Shown in pieces: positions 1-13,344 of a stretch of 64,000 nt of DNA. This DNA comes from an uncultured Acidobacteriota bacterium (lineage in GTDB: Bacteria > Acidobacteriota > Thermoanaerobaculia > Multivoradales > UBA5704). The translations under genes were made by a program, and so were the position numbers. Every line of letters begins with the position of its first letter. Within the stretch, counting starts at the first letter, position 1. The DNA lies in assembly GCA_963700145.1 (NCBI GenBank), contig OY969474.1, positions 5,216,001-5,280,000 on the forward strand. Reading direction: 5' to 3'. Below the pieces are notes generated by a model. The model made no database searches, had not been told where the DNA came from, and was given only the letters and a program-made list of their open reading frames with translations.

Positions 1-3351
<3,351 letters not shown>

Positions 3352-3432
3352 TCAACGGGCTCTCAGCGGAAGCTGTATGCTGGCAGTTACTTGCGGCCGG
3401 GTCGGAACGCCTCCTGGCGCAGTGGCATAGCA

Positions 3433-4434
3433 ATGGCGAAGAAGACCAAACCAGGCTCAGGCCGATGTGTCCACTGTCTCCTGCAGTTCGAGCGGCGGAC
3501 GTGGGATCACGTGCTACCGATCTCTTGGTATCCGGATGACACGCCACGGGATCTTGAGCGTTGGAAGGTCCCAGCTTGTGAGGGTTGCAACAACAGACTT
3601 AGCAGGCTTGAGCAAGACCTCCTCGTTCTCTTCGCTCTCTGCCTCAGCCCGGCAAACGCTAAGGCGAGCGGGATCTCTGAGCGAACTCTACGTGCAGTCG
3701 ATCCGGCGCGCGCGAAGAGCGAACGAGACGCGCGTGCTAGGGAGGCCGCGCGCCGACGGGTGCTCGCAGCGACTTTTCCCGCAGAAGCCTGGCACTTTCG
3801 CCATACCCTACCCGGCTTTTGCCACCTCGGAGGCGATGCGGAAGCCGTGGCTATCGGAATTCGCCCCGAATGGCTGCATGCCTTTGCCGAGAAGATGGTG
3901 AGAGGTCTTACCTATCTCGAGGAGAGTGGCACCTTCATTCCACAGGGGCATACATTCGATTTCTTCTTCGATCCAGCCCGGGGCGCTATCGTGGAGGAAG
4001 CCTTGAATAGGTTCTCCGCGCCACGGCATCGCGGCCCTGGGCTCGTGATCCAGCGAGCAGCCGCAGCCAGCGACCGCGCATCGTGTAATTTCGCAGTCGA
4101 AATCTGGGGTGCGTTACGGTTCTGGGGAATCGTTAGGTCGCCTCAGTCCTTGGGCGATCCTGCCTTTATGCTAACTGTGGACAAAGTCAGGCGAATCACG
4201 CCTGTGCAACAGCCCGTGAGGCTTTCCGAATTGCACCTTCCCGTAAGCGTCAATCGGAACGCGCTTGAAGCGGCGGTTCTTAAGCGCGCATTCCTGTCGA
4301 GAGAACCAGTGCCCCTGCAGTTTGAGGACATGTCGCTCGAGGGGCGTTTCTTTGTTCAAAGTGTGCATCCAGAGGGGGAGGAGTTGGTCGCAGACCTGAT
4401 GGCATTTGAGGGCGACTACAGAAGGCTGGGCTGA
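3433..4434 (+). CDS. HNH-type (Zn-binding) endonuclease domain protein
   Basis: N-terminal CVHC...DHVLP...ACEGCNN pattern; visibly lower GC than neighbours; start uncertain. Confidence 0.6.
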   Translation: MAKKTKPGSGRCVHCLLQFERRTWDHVLPISWYPDDTPRDLERWKVPACEGCNNRLSRLEQDLLVLFALCLSPANAKASGISERTLRAVDPARAKSERDARAREAARRRVLAATFPAEAWHFRHTLPGFCHLGGDAEAVAIGIRPEWLHAFAEKMVRGLTYLEESGTFIPQGHTFDFFFDPARGAIVEEALNRFSAPRHRGPGLVIQRAAAASDRASCNFAVEIWGALRFWGIVRSPQSLGDPAFMLTVDKVRRITPVQQPVRLSELHLPVSVNRNALEAAVLKRAFLSREPVPLQFEDMSLEGRFFVQSVHPEGEELVADLMAFEGDYRRLG

Positions 4435-4503
4435 ATCGAAGCCTTGAGGCCCTAAGAACGATGCGTTCCGTAACCCACGCCCGGCTTATCTTGAAGCCCG
4501 CGA

Positions 4504-5195
4504 ATGCGGCCGGCTCGTCCCAAGAATCTGTCTGAGCACGCGGAACGGACCCTGCGCAAAATTGCGGAGGCCGGCTTGGGGGAAACCATCTCGCTTGGAG
4601 GCGCCCTCGGAGTACAGCACTACCTCGACTTCCGAATCACCCATGATGTAGACGCGTGGTGGTCCCCGTCGGCAACTCCTGAACGGCGAGGCGAAGTAGT
4701 GCGGCTCGTCGAAGCCGCCCTCGCGGCCGATGGCGAGGTCCACACGCGGCGCTGGGGCGACGTAGTAAGTATCGAGCTCAAGGTCGGGGGCAAGAAGGTA
4801 TTCAGCTTCCAGATCGCGGAGCGCTCGGCACAATTGGAGCCGACGACGGTTGTCCCTTGGGCGGATGTTGCGCTCGACAGCTTGGCCGATCTCATCGCCA
4901 GCAAGATGGTCGCGCTCGCGAGCGCGGGGCTCCCCGGGATTTCCGCGACATCTACACACTTTGCCAGGCAGGTCTGACGAGCGTCGCCGAGTGCTGGCGC
5001 CTGTGGCGTGAGCGCCAACGGCGAGCCGGAAGCGATGCCGATGCCCACCGTGCCCGCCTCGCCGTGGAGACCCAATTGACCCGGATTGTGCTCCATCGCC
5101 CGCTGGATCGTATTGTCGATCTGGATGAGCGGGCGGAGTCGCAACGGGTACGCGCATGGGTCGAAGAGGAGCTCCTCGATGCCCTCGTGGATTGA
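4504..5195 (+). pseudogene. AbiEii/type IV TA-like nucleotidyltransferase, frameshifted near 4918
   Basis: LGGALGVQHYLDFRITHDVD and DLIASKMVAL in one frame continue as ERGAPRDFRDIY in another; one missing base would join them. Confidence 0.7.
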
Positions 5196-5484
5196 TGGCA
5201 GCCTCTACCCGGACGTCGAGGTTCCCGAAGAGCTCGTGACTCTCGAGGATAGGATCGACTTCCTGGCCCGGCTCTGCGCCGCGTGGGACTTCGGCGTCCT
5301 TCCTGAAGCCGATACGATCGAGGAGATCCGGCGGCCGGAATGGCGAGAGGCCGTCGAGGCGACACGGCTCCTCACCTCGCCCGCCTACCACCTGGTGCGT
5401 AAGTGGCACGGCCTCGCGCGCCTGCCCTTCCTCGGCCAGGAGAGCGCGCTCATCCGCGACGACCCCAGTCTCGCGCACGTTTGA
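5179..5484 (+). CDS. small hypothetical protein, putative partner of the AbiEii-like gene
   Basis: ATG overlaps the upstream gene end with GAGGAG SD; coding-like codon use (MPSWIDGSLYPD...). Confidence 0.6.
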   Translation: MPSWIDGSLYPDVEVPEELVTLEDRIDFLARLCAAWDFGVLPEADTIEEIRRPEWREAVEATRLLTSPAYHLVRKWHGLARLPFLGQESALIRDDPSLAHV

Positions 5485-5520
5485 AGAAGTCGGTAGGCCG
5501 ATTCCAACATCCCGAGGCTC

Positions 5521-5709
5521 GGACCCAGTAACTCGCGGCGCCGATTCAGTAAACCGAGGACGGCAGCCAGTAGGTCGCGGCGCGGAGCCAGTAGCTCGGG
5601 GCCTGGAGTCAGTAGCTTGAGGCCGCGTCCCAGTAACCCGAGGCGCGCTCCCAGTAACTGGAGGCCCGGACCCAGTAGAGATAGGCGCGGACCCAGTAAC
5701 TCGCGGACC
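5521..5709. repeat. 21-bp-period tandem array, 9 units, invariant core CAGTA
   Basis: CAGTA recurs at 5526, 5547, 5568, 5589, 5610, 5631, 5652, 5673 and 5694. Confidence 0.85.
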
Positions 5710-5728
5710 GCTGCGGCTGGATCGGCGC

Positions 5729-6160
5729 TCAGTCCGAGGGCGTCGGCTCGCCGTCGGGGTCCGCCGGCGGCCGGCGGACGGCTTGCCGCGCCACCTCGCA
5801 GCGGACCTCCTGGCGCAGCAGCCGCGTCAGCTCCTCGCGGGTCACCGGCAGCTCGGTGTGGGCCGGCGGTCGCGGCGGCTCGGTCGCCTGCAGCGACGGC
5901 AGCCAGTCGCTCAGCCGGCGCGTCGCCGCCGCCTCCGTCTCGGGACAGCCAGCCGCCACCAGCTCACTGGGCTTCACCTGCAGCAGCTCGGCGAACGTCA
6001 ATAGGTGCCGCACCCGCAGCTCGATCTTGCCGTCGAGCAGCTTGTGGAGGTTCCCGTGCCCGATCTCCAGCAAGTCCTCGAGCTCCCGGTGGGAGTGGTC
6101 CAGCTTCTCCACCAGCTCGCCGAGCAGCCGGCGCATCGAGCGCAAGTCGTTCTGCCGCAT
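5729..6160 (-). CDS. XRE-like helix-turn-helix protein
   Basis: SHRELEDLLEIGHGNLHKLLDGKIELRVRHLLTFAELLQV resembles an HTH_XRE fold. Confidence 0.6.
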   Translation of the reverse strand: MRQNDLRSMRRLLGELVEKLDHSHRELEDLLEIGHGNLHKLLDGKIELRVRHLLTFAELLQVKPSELVAAGCPETEAAATRRLSDWLPSLQATEPPRPPAHTELPVTREELTRLLRQEVRCEVARQAVRRPPADPDGEPTPSD

Positions 6161-6245
6161 ATGCCGCGGAGAGTATAGCCCCGGCGGCGGCGGCCCGGCC
6201 AGCCGCCTGCGAAGGGCTGACTTCTGGTACTGTCTGTACTACCAG

Positions 6246-6677
6246 ATGCGGCCGCGACCCCGGATCGTCCTCGATACGAATGTCCTCGTCGCCGCGCTCC
6301 GCTCTCGCCGGGGGGCCTCCTTTCGGCTCCTCTCCCTCCTCGGTGAGGACCGCTTCGTCATGAGCGTCTCGGTGGCCCTGGTGCTGGAGTACGAAGATGC
6401 CCTGCTCCGCGTGGTTGCCGAGGGGCCGCTGACCGAGGAGGAGGTTGCGGACGTGCTCGACTACCTCTGCGCGGTCGCCTGGAAGCAGGAGGTTTTTTTC
6501 CTGTGGCGCCCCTTTCTGCGCGATCCGAAGGACGACTTGGTCCTGGAGGTCGCCGTCGCCGCGGGTTGCGACCGGATCGTGACGTTCAACCAGAGGGACT
6601 TCCGCGGCTGCGAGCAGTTCGGCATTCAGGCCGTGACACCGCGTGAGCTCCTGCTGGAGATCGGAGCCCTCTCATGA
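6246..6677 (+). CDS. PIN-domain toxin
   Basis: IVLDTNVLVAAL, RDPKDDLVLEVA and IVTFNQRDF motifs. Confidence 0.9.
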   Translation: MRPRPRIVLDTNVLVAALRSRRGASFRLLSLLGEDRFVMSVSVALVLEYEDALLRVVAEGPLTEEEVADVLDYLCAVAWKQEVFFLWRPFLRDPKDDLVLEVAVAAGCDRIVTFNQRDFRGCEQFGIQAVTPRELLLEIGALS

Positions 6678-6904
6678 GCACTCTCAGCGTCAGGTTGCCC
6701 AGCTCTCTCCACCGGCAGCTCAAGGAGCTGGCGGTGCGGGAGGGGATCTCGATCAACCAGTTCGTCAGCTCGGCGGTCGGCGAGAAGATGGCGGCGCTGA
6801 TGACGGCCGAGTACCTGAGCGAACGGGCACGGCGCGGCAGCCGCGCCCGGTTCGAGGCCGTCTTGGCCAAAGTGCCCGATCGCGAGCCGGAGGGTGAGGA
6901 CTGA
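6674..6904 (+). CDS. ribbon-helix-helix (HicB-like) antitoxin
   Basis: LSVRLPSSLHRQLKELAVREGISINQF; ATGA overlap with the toxin gene. Confidence 0.85.
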   Translation: MSTLSVRLPSSLHRQLKELAVREGISINQFVSSAVGEKMAALMTAEYLSERARRGSRARFEAVLAKVPDREPEGED

Positions 6905-8379
6905 GCGCCACCCTCGTCGCCACGCTCGCCGAGCCGCCGCGGCCCGAGGAGCTTGCGGCGCTCGCCGGGACGGCCGATTGGCTGGAGGTGCGGGCGGACC
7001 TGACCGGGGACCTCGACCCGGCGCCCCTCCGCGCCGCCTTCGCCGGGCCGCTCCTCTACACCCTGCGCAGCCGCGCCGAGGGGGGGGCGTTCGAAGGCTC
7101 GGCGGAGCGGCGGCGCCGGCGGCTCCTGCTGGCCGCCGAGCGCTACGACCTGGTGGACCTGGAGGCCGAGCGCGACGCCTCGCCCGAGCTGCTCGCCGCC
7201 GTCCCGCCGGAGCGCCGCCTCCTTTCCTGGCACGGCCCGGCGGCGCCGCTCGAGGACCTCCAGGCCCGCTGCGAGCGGATGACGGCGGTGCCGGCGCGGG
7301 CCTACAAGCTGGTGCCGGCGGCCGCGCAGGCGGGGGAGGAGCTGGCGCCGCTCCAGCTCCTGCACGGGCTCGGGCGGACGGACGTCGCCGCCTTCGCCTC
7401 CGGCCCGCTCGGGCTCTGGACGCGGGTCGTCGCGCCGCGCCTCGGCGCGCCGCTGGTCTACGCCGCCGCCGGGGCCCGCGCCGGCGCGCCGGGGCAGCCG
7501 CTGCTCGCCCGGCTGCGCGCCGACTACGCCCTGCCGGAGCTGCCGCCGGTCGAGGCGCTCTTCGGCGTCGTCGGCAACCCGGTCGCCCACTCGCTCTCGC
7601 CCCGCCTGCACAACGCCGCCTACCACGCGCTCGGCCTGCCCTTCCTTTACGTCCCCTTTCATGCCCAGTCGCTCGGCGACTTCTGGCTGGAGATCGTCGA
7701 GAGCGGCGTGCTCGAGGGGATGGGGCTGCCGCTGCGCGGCCTCTCGGTGACCGCGCCGCACAAGGAGGCGGCGCTCGCCCTGGCCGGCGCCGAGAGCCCG
7801 CGGGCGGCGCGCATCGGCGCCGCCAACACGCTGGTCTGCCGCGACGGCGTCTGGGAGGCCGAGGCGACCGACCCGGACGGCGTCCTCCTGCCGCTCGCCG
7901 AGCGCGGCATCGCGCCGGCGGGGCTCGCCGCAGCGGTCCTGGGGTGCGGCGGCGCCGGCCGCTCGGCGGCGGTCGGGCTGGCCGCGGCGGGAGCGAAGGT
8001 GACGCTCTTCAACCGCGGCATCGAGCGCGGGCTCAAGGCGGCGGCGGAGCTGGGGCTGCCGTTCCGGCCTCTCTCGGAGCTCGATCCCGCCCGCTTCGAC
8101 CTGCTGGTCCACGCCACGCCGCGCGAGCAGCGGCCCGGCGAGGCAATGCCGCTCGACACCGAGCGCCTGCGCCCGGGAACGGTGCTGATCGACATGACCT
8201 ACGGCGAGGCCGCGACGCCGCTGCTCGAGGCGGCGGCGGCGCGCGGGGCCGTGACGGTGGACGGGCGGGAGGTGCTGCTCGGCCAGGCGCTGGCCCAGTT
8301 CCGGCTGATGACCGGACGGGAGCTGCCGCCCGAGGTGGGGCGGCGGGCGCTCGGCCTGGATGCTTCGAGCCCTGGCTGA
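6901..8379 (+). CDS. aroE: bifunctional type I 3-dehydroquinate dehydratase / shikimate dehydrogenase (AroD-AroE fusion)
   Basis: N-terminal half has LEVRAD, YTLRSRAEGG, LSWH and APGQ. C-terminal half has GNPVAHSLSPRLHN, SVTAPHK, GAANTL, GCGGAGR and DMTY. The frame is open back to CTG at 6901. Confidence 0.9.
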   Translation: MSATLVATLAEPPRPEELAALAGTADWLEVRADLTGDLDPAPLRAAFAGPLLYTLRSRAEGGAFEGSAERRRRRLLLAAERYDLVDLEAERDASPELLAAVPPERRLLSWHGPAAPLEDLQARCERMTAVPARAYKLVPAAAQAGEELAPLQLLHGLGRTDVAAFASGPLGLWTRVVAPRLGAPLVYAAAGARAGAPGQPLLARLRADYALPELPPVEALFGVVGNPVAHSLSPRLHNAAYHALGLPFLYVPFHAQSLGDFWLEIVESGVLEGMGLPLRGLSVTAPHKEAALALAGAESPRAARIGAANTLVCRDGVWEAEATDPDGVLLPLAERGIAPAGLAAAVLGCGGAGRSAAVGLAAAGAKVTLFNRGIERGLKAAAELGLPFRPLSELDPARFDLLVHATPREQRPGEAMPLDTERLRPGTVLIDMTYGEAATPLLEAAAARGAVTVDGREVLLGQALAQFRLMTGRELPPEVGRRALGLDASSPG

Positions 8380-8411
8380 GGGCGTAAGCTCCGAGCGCCC
8401 GCCGGCCGGCG

Positions 8412-8669
8412 TCAGCGCCGGATCAGTTTGACGATGGCGAGCAGGATGATGGCGCCGAGCAGCGAGGCGATCAGGCCGAGGATGGAAAAGTCCCCGGCGT
8501 TGATCGATCCCGCGCCGAGCAGCGGCCCGAGCAGCCAGCCGCCGAGGAACGCCCCGACGATGCCTACCACGATGTTGAGGATGATGCCCTGCTGAGCGTC
8601 GGTTTTCATGATGATGCTCGCCAGCCAACCGATGAGACCGCCCACGACGAGCCAGATGATGAAGCCCAT
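8412..8669 (-). CDS. GlsB/YeaQ/YmgE family (transglycosylase-associated) stress membrane protein
   Basis: IIWLVVGGLIGWLAS...NIVVGIVGAFLGGWL...GAIILL; strong AGGAGG SD. Confidence 0.9.
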   Translation of the reverse strand: MGFIIWLVVGGLIGWLASIIMKTDAQQGIILNIVVGIVGAFLGGWLLGPLLGAGSINAGDFSILGLIASLLGAIILLAIVKLIRR

Positions 8670-8719
8670 AGACCCCTCCTTTGCCTAATTTCGGTGGAAC
8701 GACGTCCTGCCCTCCCCCG

Positions 8720-10203
8720 ATGATGCAACTCCCGGACCACGACCCCCCCGAGCCGGCGCGCCCGCGCCGCGCCGTGCCGCACATCCGGGAGTTCCTGGCC
8801 GACAGCCTGACGCCCCTGGGGGTGTACCGGCGGCTGGCCCGCGCCTCGCCCACCCGGTTCCTGCTCGAGAGCGTCACCGGCGGCGAGCAGGTCTCCCGCT
8901 TCAGCTTCCTGGGCGCCGGGCCGCGCGAGCTCTACCGCCTCTGGCCGGACCGGCTGGAGGTCGAGCGCGACGGGCGGCGCGAAGCCCTCCCCGGGCCGCC
9001 GCTCGCGGCGCTGCGCCGGGTCGTCGCCGGGGTCGTCGCCGACCCGGGGCCGATCCCCTTCACCGGCGGCCTCGTCGGCTACTTCGGCTACGACCTGGTG
9101 CGGCTGGTGGAGCGGCTGCCGCAACCGCCCCCCGACCCGCACGGGCTGCCCTGGGCGCTGCTGGCCCGCTTCGACACCCTGGTGGTCTTCGACCACGCCC
9201 TGCAGCGGGTGCTGGCGATCGCCAACGAGGTGGAGGGGGAGGTCGGGGTGGAGGAGGCCGAGCGGCAGCTCGAGGGGCTGGCCCGGCTGCTGACCGTCGA
9301 GGCCGCCGGCGGCGGCGTCGCGATGCCCGGCCGCCGCCCCGAGCCGCCGGCGACGGCGCCGCCGAGCCTGCCGGGGCCGGAGTTCCGCCGCGCCGTCGCC
9401 GCCGCCAAGGAGCACATCGTCGCCGGCGACATCTTCCAGGTCGTCCTCGCCCGCCGCTGGCGCCTGCCGCGGCGGGTCGAGCCGCTCGCCCTCTACCGCG
9501 CCGTGCGCATGGTCAACCCCAGCCCCTACATGGTGCTGTTGGAGACCCCCGACGTGGCCCTGGTCGGTGCCTCGCCGGAGATGCTGGTGCGCCGCTCCGG
9601 CCGGCACCTCGAGACCCGCCCGATCGCCGGCACGCGGCCGCGCGGCGCCGACGCCGAGGGCGACCGCCGCCTGGCCGAGGACCTCCTCGCCGACCCCAAG
9701 GAGCGGGCCGAGCACGTCATGCTGGTGGACCTCGGCCGCAACGACCTCGGGCGGGTGGCGGTGCCGGCCAGCGTCCGGGTGGCGAGCTTCCTCGACGTCG
9801 AGCGATACAGTCACGTCATGCACCTGGTCTCGTCGGTCGTCGGTGAGCTGGCGCCGGGCAAGGACGGCCTCGACGCCCTCCTCGCCTGCTTCCCGGCGGG
9901 GACCGTCTCGGGGGCGCCCAAGATCCGCGCCATGGAGATCATCGACGCGCTGGAGCCGGAGGCGCGCGGCCCCTACGCCGGCGCCGTCGGCTACCTCTCC
10001 TACTCCGGCGACCTCGACACCTGCATCACGATCCGGACTCTCGTGGTGCGCGGCGACGAGGTCTCGGTCACCGCCGGCGCCGGCATCGTCGCCGACTCCG
10101 ACCCCGCGGCGGAGGAGCGGGAGACCGAGAGCAAGGCGGCGGCGCTGCTGGCGGCGGTGGCGCTGGCCGAGCGCCTGGAGGAGAAAGACCCGGGGGGCGC
10201 GGC

Positions 10204-10207
<4 letters not shown>
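8720..10207 (+). CDS. trpE: anthranilate synthase component I
   Basis: FLLESV, GDIFQVVL, NPSPYM, SPEML, KERAEHVMLVDLGRND and GTVSGAPKIRAM motifs. Confidence 0.96.
8724..8739 (-). promoter_or_regulatory. putative sigma-54 -24/-12 promoter for the glsB/yeaQ-like gene
   Basis: Minus strand TGGTCC-GGGAG-TTGCA (GG-N10-GC); overlaps the trpE start. Confidence 0.55.
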
Positions 10208-10778
<571 letters not shown>

Positions 10779-10782
<4 letters not shown>

Positions 10783-11792
10783 TCGACGCCCGCGACGCTC
10801 TGGCCCGCATCGCCGGCGGCCAGGACCTCGAGCGCGGCGAGACCGAGGACCTGTTCGGCCAGCTCATGGACGGCGCCCTCTCCGAGACGCTCAAGGCGGC
10901 GCTGCTGATCGCGCTGCGGATGAAGGGGGAGGCGGTGGCGGAGATCGCCGGCGCCGCGGCCGCCATGCGCCGGCGGGTGCTGGCCATCCCGCACCGCCGC
11001 GTCGGCGTGGTGGACACCTGCGGCACCGGCGGCGACGGCCGCGCCACCTTCAACATCTCGACCGCCGCGGCCTTCGTGGTCGCCGCCGCCGGCGTGCCGG
11101 TGGCCAAGCACGGCAACCGCGCGGTCTCCAGCCGCTCGGGGAGCGCCGACGTGCTCGCGGCGCTGGGGGTGGAGGTCGAGGCCTCGCCCGAGGCGGCCGC
11201 GGCGGCGCTCGAGCGGGTGGGGATCGCCTTCCTCTTCGCGCCGCGCCTCCACCCGGCGATGCGCGAGGTGGCGCCGGTGCGCCGCGAGCTCGGGCTGCGG
11301 ACGATCTTCAACGTCTTGGGACCCTTGACCAACCCGGCCGGCGCCCGGCGGCAGGTCATCGGGGTCTACGCCGAGGACCTGGTCGAGCGGCTGGCGCTGG
11401 TGCTCGTCGACCTCGGGACCGACCACGCCCTGGTCGTCCACGGCAGCGACGGCCTCGACGAGATCACCACGACCGGCGCCACGCGGGTGGCGGAGGTGCG
11501 CGGCGGCGAGCTGCACCTGGCGACGATCGCGCCCGAAGGGCTGGGGCTCGCCCGCGCCACGCTCGAAGATCTCGCCGGCGGCTCGCCGGAGGAGAACGCC
11601 CGCGCCATGGAGCGGATCTTCGCCGGCGAGACCGGCGCCCTGGCCGACGTCGTGGCCGCCAACGCCGGCGCCGCGCTCTACGTCGGCGGCGCGGCGCAGG
11701 GCCTGCGCGAGGGCGTGGAGCGGGCGCGGGAGGTGCTGGCCTCCGGCGCTGCCGCGGCGAAGCTCGAGGAGCTGCGGAGCTTTCGCGGGTGA
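10779..11792 (+). CDS. trpD: anthranilate phosphoribosyltransferase
   Basis: DTCGTGGDG, NIST, KHGNRAVSSRSGSAD and DGLDE motifs; GTGA overlap with trpG. Confidence 0.96.
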
Positions 11793-11808
11793 AGAGCACC
11801 CAAAGGAC

Positions 11809-11844
11809 GTCATCCTGAGCGCAGCGAAGGATTTGGGCGGGGGG
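11809..11844 (+). repeat. REP-like family A, copy 2
   Basis: GTCATCCTGAGCGCAGCGAAGGATTTGGGCGGGGGG between trpD and trpC. Confidence 0.85.
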
Positions 11845-11849
11845 TAGCC

Positions 11850-12935
11850 GTGGCGCCCGACATCCTCCAGCGCATTGCCGAGCAGCGCCGAGACCGCGTC
11901 TTCGCCGAATCGGGCATCGAGGACGCCGCTGCGAGCCTCCGGAAGGGGCCGCTGCTTGTTCCTGCCCGGAATCCTTTTCTCTCCGCCCTCGCCGCGCGCC
12001 GCGGCCGGGCGGTGATCGCCGAGATCAAGCTGGGCTCGCCGCGGCTGGGCTCGCTCGCCGGGCGCATGGATCCGCTGGCCCAGGCGCGGCTCTACGGCGC
12101 CGGCGGCGCCGCCGCGCTCTCGGTCGTCGTCGAGCCCGACCACTTCGGCGGCAGCTACGAGCTGCTGGCGGCCTGCCATGCGGCCTCGGGGCTGCCGGCG
12201 GTCGCCAAGGACTTCGTCGTCCACCCGGTGCAGCTCCGGTGGGCGAAGGAGGCCGGGGCGGATGCCGTGCTGCTGATCGCGTCGCTCCTGTCCGCGGAGG
12301 AGCTGCGCCGCTACGCCGGGCTGGCCCGCGGGCTCGGGCTCGTGCCGCTCGTCGAGACGCACGACGCCGAGGACGTCGCGAAGCTCGAGGGTGGGGAGTG
12401 GGAGCTGGTAGGGGTGAACAACCGCGACCTGCGGACGTTCGCGGTGGACCTGGGGCAGTCGATCGAGCTGCTGCCGCGGCTGCCGCTAGCGGCGCTCAAG
12501 GTGGCCGAAAGCGGAATTTCAGGTAAGGAAGACGTGGAGCGGCTCGGTAGCGCGGGATTCGACGCGTTCCTGGTGGGCGAAGCGCTGCTGCTGGCCGACG
12601 ATCCTGGGCAGTTGCTCAATGAGCTGAGTTCCCCCGCCCAGATCCTTCGCTACGCTCAGGATGACAAATCGGGGCTGACGGATCGGATTTGTCATCCTGA
12701 GCGAAGCGAAGGATCTGGGGGTGGGAAAGGTGAAGGTCAAGATCTGCGGTGTTACGAGCCCCGAAGACGCCCTCGCCGCGGCGGCGGCCGGGGCCGATCT
12801 GCTGGGGCTCAACTTCTATCCGCCGAGCCCGCGCGCTCTGGACGCGGAGAAGGCGCGCGCGATCGCCGACGCCGTCCGCTCGGCGCACCCCGATGTCCTC
12901 CTGGTCGGCGTCTTCGCCGACCGGCCGCCGCATGA
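11850..12935 (+). CDS. trpC: indole-3-glycerol phosphate synthase; TrpC-like sequence ends near 12630, ORF reads on through a REP doublet into trpF
   Basis: VIAEIK, KDF, GADAVLLI, GVNNRDL, AESGI and LVGEAL motifs. Confidence 0.9.
   Translation: MAPDILQRIAEQRRDRVFAESGIEDAAASLRKGPLLVPARNPFLSALAARRGRAVIAEIKLGSPRLGSLAGRMDPLAQARLYGAGGAAALSVVVEPDHFGGSYELLAACHAASGLPAVAKDFVVHPVQLRWAKEAGADAVLLIASLLSAEELRRYAGLARGLGLVPLVETHDAEDVAKLEGGEWELVGVNNRDLRTFAVDLGQSIELLPRLPLAALKVAESGISGKEDVERLGSAGFDAFLVGEALLLADDPGQLLNELSSPAQILRYAQDDKSGLTDRICHPERSEGSGGGKGEGQDLRCYEPRRRPRRGGGRGRSAGAQLLSAEPARSGRGEGARDRRRRPLGAPRCPPGRRLRRPAAA
12631..12725. repeat. inverted doublet of REP-like family A (REPIN-like long hairpin)
   Basis: Reverse copy 12631-12665 and forward copy 12691-12725; arms extended by AAATC/GATTT. 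Confidence 0.88.
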
Positions 12936-13344
12936 GGTCGAAGCCATCGACCGTGCCGTCGGGCTCGACCTCCTGCAGTTCTCGGGCGACGAGCCGGCGG
13001 CGGCCGTCCGCCCCCACGGGCCGCGCGCCGTGAAAGCGTTTCGCTCCGCAGGCCCTCCCGCGGAAGAAGCTCTTTCTCTCTACCCGGAGATCTTCGGCCT
13101 GCTCATCGACGCCAGCCACAACTCGCTCTACGGCGGCACCGGCAGCGCCTGGGACTTCGCCTCCGTCGCGCCGCTCGCCGCCGAGCGCCGGGTGCTCGTC
13201 GCCGGCGGCATCCGGCCGGGCAACGTCGCCGCGGCGATTGCCAGCGGCGCCTGGGGGATCGACGTCTGCTCCGGCGTAGAATCGGCTCCCGGCGTCAAGG
13301 ACCCGCGGCTCCTGGCGCGCCTGTTCGAGGAGGTCCATGGCTGA
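12730..13344 (+). CDS. trpF: phosphoribosylanthranilate isomerase
   Basis: [25 protein letters not shown] and DVCSGVES motifs; start at GTG 12730 or 12721. Confidence 0.95.
   Translation: MKVKICGVTSPEDALAAAAAGADLLGLNFYPPSPRALDAEKARAIADAVRSAHPDVLLVGVFADRPPHEVEAIDRAVGLDLLQFSGDEPAAAVRPHGPRAVKAFRSAGPPAEEALSLYPEIFGLLIDASHNSLYGGTGSAWDFASVAPLAAERRVLVAGGIRPGNVAAAIASGAWGIDVCSGVESAPGVKDPRLLARLFEEVHG

Noticed and set aside
8670-8720. trp attenuator or leader peptide
   Set aside because: Only about 50 bp separate trpE from the divergent gene; no Trp-codon leader, T-box or terminator hairpin is visible.
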